From NCBI GenBank assembly GCA_963774935.1, contig CAVZGO010000003.1:389262-453261 (forward strand): DNA of 64,000 nt, written 5' to 3'. The DNA is from an uncultured Chloroflexia bacterium. Its GTDB lineage: Bacteria > Chloroflexota > Anaerolineae > Anaerolineales > UBA4823. Both the position numbers and the translations under genes were made by a program. Each line of letters opens with the position of its first letter. The stretch's first letter is position 1. The notes below the pieces were generated by a model. The model was given only the letters and a program-made list of their open reading frames with translations, had not been told where the DNA came from and made no database searches. This document shows, one piece after another, positions 55,701 to 62,800 of this stretch.

Positions 55701-57013
55701 TGAAGCAATACTTCAAAAACAGAGAGAAGTGTCATGAAGAGGGTTGCATTTTCGCTCTGTGATAACGCTCGTAATTTCTTGGTCAGGTCAGAAGAAAGCT
55801 TAAAAGTGCGAAAATTGCCATCAAAAGTTTGCATGGACGGCCGCGGGCGGTCCGTAGGCAGCTCCAATAAAGGTGGTAGACCCCTAAGCTCTTGTTTCCA
55901 ATAGCTGAGCTGATTGTCTAGCACTTCGCCTTGCAGCCACTCCCTCTGCCAGGCAGCAAAATCTGGATATTGGACAGGCATTGCAGGCAAAGGATATGGT
56001 CGTTGATTGACCAGGGAATCATAAAGTGCCACCATCTCGCCAACGAGAACATTTGATGACCAGTTATCGCCGATGATGTGGTGCATCGTCAATAACACCA
56101 GCGTCTCTTGTTCGCCCAACCGGACCAGGCTGGCACGGAATAAAGGACCAGCGGATAGGTTGAATGGTCTCTGCGCTTCTTCCTGGGTAATGCGAAGCAC
56201 TTCCTGTTCCCGCTTGTCATCGGGCAGATGACTGATATCCATTCGGAAAATATTCACTGGCTTCAACTCTGCCAGAGGTGTAATCACTTGTATCGGGATT
56301 CCATTAATCGTACTGAATGCTGTTCGTAATGCTTCATGTCGTTGAACCAGTAAATTCAAACTTTGCACTAAAATTTGCTCATCAAGCTCCCCCACCAGAC
56401 GGATGGCTTCGGGTAAATTGTAGAATGGGCTATCCGGTTCGAGTTGGTCAAGAAACCATAGACGCTGCTGGGCAAAAGAAAGGGGAACTGGATCGACTGG
56501 CAGCCCCGTCAGGGGGTTGCGGGGTAGCGGACTTAACGCAGGAATATGGAGTTCCTCCGGCTGGGCATATTCCATTACCTCAATTTGCTCAGCCAGCCGG
56601 ATTATGGTTGGAGATTCAAATAAATTGCGCAATGGCAAATCAACATTAAACACTTCGCGTAATCGAGAAACTAGCTGTGTAGCGAGAAGAGAATGCCCAC
56701 CAAGCTCAAAGAAATTATCGTTTACGCCAATCTTTTGAATGCCTAAAATCTGGCCCCATACATCCACCAACATCTCCTCTACAGGTGTGTGCGGTGCAAC
56801 ATAGGCGTTCGCCAATGTTCGCTCGCTCCAATCAGGACGATGGGTTTCAGTTAATGCGCGACGGTCTACTTTTCCACTCGGGTTTAACGGTAATGAGTTC
56901 CAAAAACACAAACGCCGAAGGCACCATATAATCCGGCAGGTGTTCTTGTAAATAGCGGCGCAGCGTACCTGTCGTCGGTTTATCCAGGCTTGGATCAGGC
57001 ACCACATAAGCAA
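49736..57013 (-). CDS. NRPS gene B, fragment 2: T-C-A(Asn code)-T-C-A(Tyr-like code)-T (true coding from about 56895; the ORF N-terminus is out of frame)
   Basis: Three FFxLGG(H/D)S T motifs, two LCL C domains (SFAQQRLWFLDQ/HHIIGDNWS; SYAQQRLWVLDQ/HHIISDDWS), two A domains (YTSGSTGRPKG, NEYGPTE / NAYGPTE, GKVDRK) and an acidic C-terminal tail. Confidence 0.9.
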   Translation of the reverse strand: MLMWCLIQAWINRRQVRCAAIYKNTCRIIWCLRRLCFWNSLPLNPSGKVDRRALTETHRPDWSERTLANAYVAPHTPVEEMLVDVWGQILGIQKIGVNDNFFELGGHSLLATQLVSRLREVFNVDLPLRNLFESPTIIRLAEQIEVMEYAQPEELHIPALSPLPRNPLTGLPVDPVPLSFAQQRLWFLDQLEPDSPFYNLPEAIRLVGELDEQILVQSLNLLVQRHEALRTAFSTINGIPIQVITPLAELKPVNIFRMDISHLPDDKREQEVLRITQEEAQRPFNLSAGPLFRASLVRLGEQETLVLLTMHHIIGDNWSSNVLVGEMVALYDSLVNQRPYPLPAMPVQYPDFAAWQREWLQGEVLDNQLSYWKQELRGLPPLLELPTDRPRPSMQTFDGNFRTFKLSSDLTKKLRALSQSENATLFMTLLSVFEVLLHRYSGQEDLAIGTPIANRTRAELEGLIGFFVNTLVLRADLGGEPSFRELLSRTRQGALNAYAHQDVPFEMVVDALQPERNLSHSPLFQVMFVLQAAQSSALGLPDLDLQVQPVDTHSGTAKFDLTLFMAEDEGQLGGALEYNTDLFDDATIDQMLGNFELLLGGIVSNPDMSVSRLPILTDKQMQQILVEWNQTAAPYPSDMCAHQLFELQVDRTPQAVALRYLEEIDGKSVEETWTYHELNQAANRLARHLRKLGIVPEVLVGLCLPRSPQLVVSILAVLKAGGAYVPLDPTYPSERLSFMLEDSQAAVLITHSSLLTRFDLNSSNMVEAVEPGKPAILCLDQEWPFLEFEPGDNLDCITEPDNLVYVIYTSGSTGRPKGAMIVHRGLVNYLTWCQTAYPLEEGQGSPVHSSISFDLTITSLFSPLVSGREVKILPEGLGVELLGATLRRDAEQTSEPYSLVKITPAHLQLLGEQLRPDQAAGRTHAFIIGGENLTPEHIRFWINNAPDTALVNEYGPTETVVGCCVYWAPPDSLIRYKGGVIPIGKPIINTQLYVLDSHMQPVPVGVHGELYIGGLGVGRGYLNRPELTAEKFIPNPFTNEPGARLYRTGDLVRYRHDGNLDCLGRIDFQVKVRGFRVELGEIEALIAQYSWIKENVVWVWEEGGTKNLVAYLVLNPDNMGSNQQELISGLRQSLQQKLPDYMVPAAVVILEALPLTANGKVDRKALPQPDLSAARAGIVLPRTPEEEIIANLWRDILHLEQVGVLDNFFDLGGHSLLATQVISRVRDAFGIELPLRSLFETPTVAGLANQIDIARRSAMGIVAPPIQALERNASTGLPVKPALLSYAQQRLWVLDQLNPNSPLYNIPVALQLTGFLDMEALKAALTQLTQRHEILRTVFKSIAGVPYQLVLTEMDVQLEFHDLSGLPETQRLDQSEQLALESALRPFDLAIGPLTRLCIIQTSEDQHTILLNTHHIISDDWSLNIFMQELLIFYSRFLQEKDSSQISPLLKLDELPIQYSDYSAWQRSWLQGEILENQLEYWKKQLAGLPPVLELPIDRSRPPVQTYTGGQITFEISPEQTAQLKALTHQEGATLFMTLMAAFQLLLYRYTGQDEFAVGTPIANRTRSEIEHLLGFFVNTLVIRGDLSGAPDFRQLLRRVRETALGAYAHQDVPFEMLVDAVNPARDMSYHPLFQVMLVLQNAPQSYQGLTSDISVQPVELYEGVARFDLTLTVVETPVGNGDRLNDTSLSCSLEFNTDLFERSTIERLALHFSQLVDGALKDPDLPVTELSMVTPAERELILNQWSQTTGGPLSGQCVHELFEAQTALTPNAPAVVFALPTTEKDPPGGFTESLTYAELNQHADLLSSYLRSQGVGPETIVGICIERSLDMVIGLLGILKAGGAYLPLDPAYPPERLAYMLEDSQTPLLLTHQNLIERLPESVKNDIHIVCLDRNWANVSKNIEGLETQSVIATGENLAYVIYTSGSTGRPKGVMLQHAGLTNLVEQQINGFGVKASDKVLQFASFSFDASISETFMALLSGACLVLTSNEVLGSLPDLLKVMQDQEVTVATIPPSLLRVLDPEIFARNLPSFKTLISAGEACSIEIAQRWAPGRNMFNAYGPTEATIGPTYFPIEVGVDENDHLGLIGVPRNATSIPIGHPIPNMQVYVLDAHGQLVPQGVRGEIYLAGIGLARGYLNRPDLTQEKFVLNPFSGVPGERMYRTGDLGRFLPDGNLEYLGRADQQVKLRGFRIELGEIEFELSTHPGVRTSVVLVREDSPGIKRLVAYVVSNENRIETQVSADELKAHLRNRLPEYMIPAIFLFIKELPLTPNGKVDRKSLPVPEQAGLSITSPYIAPQSANELMLASIWGEVLAYQPNEERPTISVEDNFFELGGDSILAIQVIARANEAGLQLSPRHLFEAPTVAGLAELVDEAQLSSQGQVTAESGPGSALMEQSDQDEFGWSDEDFKNILGAIDSSSSDE

Positions 57014-59861
57014 CTAATCGTTTATCATCCTTGGTAACCTCAATGGCTGCAACCGCTGCTTCTTTGACTCCCAGATAGGCCCCCAGCAGTGCCTCGATCT
57101 CGCCAGGCTCAATTCTAAGCCCTCGGATTTTGAGCTGATCATCCATGCGGCCGAGGAACTCGATATTTCCATCTGGTAAATACCGCGCCATATCACCTGT
57201 GCGGTATAACCTGTCTGGCTCTGAGCTAAATGGATTCTGTATAAACTTCTCAATATTCAGTTCTGATCGGTTGTTGTAGCCACGTGCCACACCCGGACCA
57301 CCGATAAATAACTCACCTGGCACCTGCACAGGACAAAGCTGCAAATGACGATCCAGGATATATAACCGTGTATTCGCAAATGCTTTGCCAATCGGAACCA
57401 GTTGATCGGGTGAGAGGTTATGGATAGACCCCTCAAAATAAGTGCTATCTATAGTGGTCTCAGTTAAGCCAAATGAATTAATTAATCGGGTTTCTGGACC
57501 AATAAACTGGCTAAATTTGTGATATTCACCGACATACCAGGCATCCGATCCGCATACCAACAACCGCATGAAATCCAATCGCCCGCCTGTTTTTTCCAGG
57601 TATTGGATCAAGTTTCTGAGCACCGCGGGGACAAACTCAGCAATGTCTATTTGCTCTTCCAGCATCAAAGGGTAGAGTTTTTCAGGTGCAAGCAACCACT
57701 CACGCGGACAGAGCACTAATTTCTCACCTGAACACAACCCTCGTACCAGATCGCCGGAGAACACATCAAATGTGAAATTAGCCATTTGGAGGTGGGACGA
57801 AACCCTGCTCAAGGCATAATCTTTTTCCCACGCCAGATACTGGTTAACCAGGCTGTGGTGCTCTACCATAACCCCCTTTGCCTGACCAGTCGACCCGGAG
57901 GTATAAGTCATATAGACCAGGTCATGCGGATCAGGTCTTTTATATTGGACGTTAATCGATTTATTATCAGCCGCGATTTGGTTCCATTCCTGGTCTACCT
58001 TAACCAGATGAATACTTTGGGGGAATCGATCAGCGATGTGGGCTTGCAGTAACACCAAAGGCTTTTTCCTTGGCATCAGATGGCCTGCGTCCTCGAGAAT
58101 AAAAGCCAGGCGATCCTGGGGCGCTAATGGATCTAACGGCAGATATGCACCACCCGCTTTCAGGATACCCAGCAAGCTGGTTATCATAGACATCAGGTGG
58201 TCTGATGAACGCTCGAAACAAATACCAACAACTGAATTTGGCCCCACTCCCAGATTTATGAGATATGATGCTAGAATTTCAGCACGTTGATCCAACTCGC
58301 GATATGTTATTTCCACGCGCGGCTGGTTATTTATTGCTGGTATCACCACCGCTACCTGATCAGGAACACGCTTGGCTTGAATGGCTACCAATTCATGCAC
58401 CAGCATCTGTCGCCGATCTATGCTGCCGTATCCAGGCTCTAGAAATTCATCGAACGTGTCATTCCAGGTAACAAGAAGCTGAGTTTGTTCTTCACCGGTC
58501 AGCATTGGGAGAAGTGCAATCGATTGATCGGGATTGGCGACTGCTGCTTCCAATATCATCTGCCAGTGAGACAGCATTCGCTTGATTGTTGCTTCCTCAA
58601 ATAGATCAATATTGTACTCAACCGAGGCGTGTAATCCCTCACGTCCATCAGAAAGCGAGAATGTAATGTCAAATGTTGAGGTACCGCTGTGCACATCGAT
58701 CGACTCCATCCGTATTCCAGGTAGGTCAGTCCCGTGCACGGGTGCGTTTTGTAATATGAACATCACCTGGAACAGAGGATTGTGGCTCATGTCCCGCTCG
58801 ATCTGGAGTTGTTCTACCACAACCTCAAAGGGCACATCCTGATGTGCGTAAGCTTCCAGGGTAACTTCCTTCACCCGGTGCAGCAGCTCTCGAAAAGTTG
58901 GCTCGCCAGCAAGGTCTGTCCGCACCACAATGGTGTTGATGAATACCCCGATCAGAGCTTCCAATTCAGCTCGATTGCGATTGGCAATCGGAGCACCAAC
59001 GCAAACATCCTCCTGCCCTGTGTATCGATAGAGCAGCACCTGGAAGGCGGTCAGTAAGGTCATGAACAATGTCGCGCCTTCCTGCTGAGTCAAGGCTTTC
59101 AGGCGGTCCATCAATGCTCGCGGTATCACTACCGATGTGTCTGCTCCGCGGCTGGTCAACACCGCCGGTCGTGGATGATCGCTAGGCAATTCCAGCACCG
59201 GTGGATTACTCCCCAGGCGACTCTTCCAATAAGCTATTTGCTCTTCAAGCACCTCACCTGTCAGCCAACCTCGTTGCCATTCAGTGTAATCTGCGTACTG
59301 GATTGCCAATTCCGGCAGAGGCGACGGATATCCAGCGGCAAAAGCCGCGTATAACGTCGAGAGCTCATAAATAAGCACACCCATTGACCAGCCATCCGAA
59401 ACGATATGGTGCATGGTCATGAGGGCGATATGATCCTGCTCATCTAATCGAAGCAAAGTGACACGCAAAAGTGGACCGTTCGCCAGGTCGAATGGTTGGC
59501 GTGCTTCTTCATTAGCCAATTGCATCGCTTCATCCATGCGAGCTGCTTCTGCTTGACCGCGCAGATCAATAATTGGAATACGAAGCACTAACGCCGGATG
59601 AATAACCTGAACTGGTTGACCGTCGATCGTGGATAAGGTTGTGCGCAGTGCTTCATGCCGGGCTACGATTTCGTTTAATGCACGCTCAAGCACATCTGAA
59701 TCAAGCTGCCCATATAATCTGACAGCAGAAGGAATATTGTAGAACGGGCTTCCCGGGTCAAACTGGTCCAGGAACCAAAGGCGCTGCTGGGCATATGATG
59801 CGGGAAAGACGAAGACCTCATCCTCGCTATCGAAAGAGGTTAGCTCTAGTGTGTCACTCAA
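56847..59861 (-). CDS. NRPS gene B, fragment 1: C-A(Orn-like code)
   Basis: SYAQQRLWFLDQ and HHIVSDGWS (LCL C domain). The A domain has YTSGSTGQAKG, FTFDVFSGD and NSFGLTETT. The frame is lost at about 56897 within the A10 motif (FVFLE|SLPLNPSGKVDR). Confidence 0.9.
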   Translation of the reverse strand: MSDTLELTSFDSEDEVFVFPASYAQQRLWFLDQFDPGSPFYNIPSAVRLYGQLDSDVLERALNEIVARHEALRTTLSTIDGQPVQVIHPALVLRIPIIDLRGQAEAARMDEAMQLANEEARQPFDLANGPLLRVTLLRLDEQDHIALMTMHHIVSDGWSMGVLIYELSTLYAAFAAGYPSPLPELAIQYADYTEWQRGWLTGEVLEEQIAYWKSRLGSNPPVLELPSDHPRPAVLTSRGADTSVVIPRALMDRLKALTQQEGATLFMTLLTAFQVLLYRYTGQEDVCVGAPIANRNRAELEALIGVFINTIVVRTDLAGEPTFRELLHRVKEVTLEAYAHQDVPFEVVVEQLQIERDMSHNPLFQVMFILQNAPVHGTDLPGIRMESIDVHSGTSTFDITFSLSDGREGLHASVEYNIDLFEEATIKRMLSHWQMILEAAVANPDQSIALLPMLTGEEQTQLLVTWNDTFDEFLEPGYGSIDRRQMLVHELVAIQAKRVPDQVAVVIPAINNQPRVEITYRELDQRAEILASYLINLGVGPNSVVGICFERSSDHLMSMITSLLGILKAGGAYLPLDPLAPQDRLAFILEDAGHLMPRKKPLVLLQAHIADRFPQSIHLVKVDQEWNQIAADNKSINVQYKRPDPHDLVYMTYTSGSTGQAKGVMVEHHSLVNQYLAWEKDYALSRVSSHLQMANFTFDVFSGDLVRGLCSGEKLVLCPREWLLAPEKLYPLMLEEQIDIAEFVPAVLRNLIQYLEKTGGRLDFMRLLVCGSDAWYVGEYHKFSQFIGPETRLINSFGLTETTIDSTYFEGSIHNLSPDQLVPIGKAFANTRLYILDRHLQLCPVQVPGELFIGGPGVARGYNNRSELNIEKFIQNPFSSEPDRLYRTGDMARYLPDGNIEFLGRMDDQLKIRGLRIEPGEIEALLGAYLGVKEAAVAAIEVTKDDKRLVAYVVPDPSLDKPTTGTLRRYLQEHLPDYMVPSAFVFLELITVKPEWKSRPSRIN

Positions 59862-59869
59862 AGTTGGTT

Positions 59870-62800
59870 CTACTCCGTATCAGACTTATGATGAGCAGAA
59901 GGATCCATTGTTAAACCTTCCGTTGTCTGCCGCATCCTGTGTTTGTCTCGAGAGACCCGTTGTATCGATGGCGCCGCTGCAGCAGCCCCGCTGTTTTGTA
60001 ATCTTTCGATTTCGGGAAGCATACCGGCAACAGTCGGATTCTCAAATAATGCCCGCAGAGGAAGCTCAACCTGAAATTTTTCCCTTACACGGGCTAAGAA
60101 TTGTGTCGCCAGAAGAGAGTGCCCTCCTAGCTCAAAGAAATTATCATGGATGCTCACCGGAGAGGGATCATCCCACGGAATACCAAGCAGTTCAGCGCAG
60201 ATTTGACATAACTGTCGCTCAGCATCATTTCGGGGAGCCTCATAAACAGATTGGAGTCGCTCTCGTCCCTGTGTTGGCATTGAGATGCGTGCCAGTGCCT
60301 TCCGGTCAACTTTCCCGCTTGGCGATAACGGCATCACTTCTAACAGCTTGAACGCAGAGGGCAGCATATAATCAGGCAAAATTTGGCGCAGATGCTCAGT
60401 CAGGGCATTGACCAAGTCCACTTCAATAAGACTGAAAGGTGGAGGGGTGGTATTCTCCAATTCCTCCTGGTTTTGCCCTTCATTTGCCGTTGTAAAAGTA
60501 TTATCCAGGCTACTCGATTCAGAGCTACTCCCTTCAAGTTGCGAATCTACCTGTTCCGGGATTACAAAAGCCACCAGACGCTTATCTCCTGGAGTATCTT
60601 CCTTGACAATTACTACCGCATCTCTCAAACGCCATTTTCCAAGGTTACCACCCGCCAGCGATCCTTCAAACTGGCGTAATCCAGCCTCGATTTCTCCAAG
60701 CTCAATCCGGAAACCGCGTACCTTCACTTGCTGGTCAATGCGACCTAAAAATTCAATATTGCCATCTGCACGATACCTTACAAGATCTCCAGTTCGATAT
60801 AACCGGTCACGAGGAGAGACTTTTCTACCATATTTTCGCAAATAACCGATATATGGGTCAGGTATAAATTTTTCTGCCGACAAATCCGCACGGTTCAGGT
60901 AGCCACGCGCCAGGCTGATGCCACCGATAAATAACTCACCCGGAACACCTATAGGTACAGCCTCGAGGTGCTGGTCCAGTACGTAGACACGAGTATTCGA
61001 GATGGGTTTACCAATGGTCGGATCCCGTGGATCAGATGGATCACATAGGGCTGCAGATGCGCACACAGTTGTTTCAGTAGGTCCATACGCATTAAAGAAT
61101 TTTCTGCCCGGCGCCCACCGAGAAACAATTTCATGTGTACACGCCTCACCAGCAGCAATGACTGTTCGCAATGATGGTAAGGCTTGTTTCGAGACCAGAT
61201 CCTCGGGTATAACGCTCAAAAATGATGGCGGTAAGGTAACAGTTGTTACTTCATGTTCAAGGAAAACCCGCATCAGCTCCAGCCCATTGGATAATACATC
61301 TTGTGCTGCCAGGACCAGGGTAGCCCCATTGGCTAATGCCATGAATGTCTCCCAGACAGATGCATCGAAGGAAAATGGTGAAAATTGCAGCACACGGCTT
61401 CGGCTGTCGATTTCGAAGGTCTTACGCTGCCATTCTACAAGATTGCATAATCCCTGGTGGCGAAGAAGCGTCCCTTTTGGTTTTCCGGTCGAGCCAGAGG
61501 TATAGATGACGTAAGCGAGATTATCCATCGTGACAACGGCATCAAGGTTACTGGTTGAATTTCCATCATGGATTTGTCTCACAGTGCGATCTATCATCTC
61601 CCAATCCTGGTCAATACACACCACTGTAGGGGGGTTCCAGGCTGCTGACTGCACTTGAATTTGAGGAGCAGCACTCTCGTGTGGGTCAATCGGCTGTTTA
61701 CCGGTTTCAACGATGAGCGCACTGATCTGCTCTCGTAATCTCTCTTGGGTGAGCAATACCGATACCTTCGAATCCTGCAGCATATAGATCAATCGGTCAG
61801 CCGGATAGGTTGGGTCCAATGGAAGGTATGCCCCGCCGGCTTTCAATACCCCCAGGATGCCAACAATCATATCCATTGAACGCTCAGTTGAGATACCCAC
61901 CAGGGTTTCCTGACCTATCCCCAGTGTTTGAAGATAACGGGCGAGAGTATTGGCGCGTTGATTTAATTCTCCATAACTCATACGCTGAACATCCTGCGTA
62001 GTAAGCCCTCGATATACAAGTGCCAATACATCTGGAGCAGCGTCAGCATGAGCCTCAAATAATTTGTGAATCACCTGATTCTCAGAATATGGTGCCTCGG
62101 TTTGATTCCACTCCACGAACAGGATTTGCCGTTCGGTCTCGCTTAACATAGGCAATCGGGAGACTGGCTTGTCAGGTTCCGCTATCGCATGGATTAAAAG
62201 CTGTTCGAAATGCCCCAGCAGGCGCTGAATGGTTTGCTCATCGTATAAATCGATGTTGTATTCCAAAGAACCGCCAATTCCGGTATCTGACTGGTTTATC
62301 GACATCAATAAATCATATGCCGCCGACCCACCATGAGCATCCAGTGGTCTGAGCTCAAGATCCGGCAAAGCCTGGCTTTTCAAGGGTACTTCTTGCCAAT
62401 CGAATCCTACCTGGAAAAGTGGTGTATAGCTCAGGTTTCGTTCTGGCTGTAATGCCTCTACCAGCATTTCGAATGGCAAATCCTGATGAGCAAAAGCGCC
62501 CAGTGCAGTCTCGCGGACTCGCTGCAATAGTTCCCGAAAATTAGGTTCGTCTGAAAGATCCGCTCGAAGAACCAGCGTGTTCACAAAAAAGCCGATCAAA
62601 TCCTCGATTTCTGGTCGGGTACGGTTCGCGATCGCTGAACCAACACAAATATCGTCCTGACCACTGTAGCGATAAAGAAGGGTTTGGAAGATTGCAAGTA
62701 ACAACATATACGTTGTCACGCCTTCTTTTCGACTTAATTCAAGAATCTCTTGGCTGAGTTTCTCAGGAAACTGGAATGATATCGATGCTCCCCGTGATGT

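Noticed and set aside
9413-56897. Programmed ribosomal frameshifting as an explanation of the frame breaks
   Set aside because: There are no slippery heptamers with downstream structures and no precedent for these gene families. Seven unrelated genes are affected, so error or decay is far more parsimonious.
56895-57013. Start of the 2425-aa ORF (MLMWCLIQAW...) as a genuine NRPS N-terminus
   Set aside because: The first 40 residues or so are an out-of-frame read of the preceding A10 region. The real protein continues from 56847-59861 across a 1-nt frame break.
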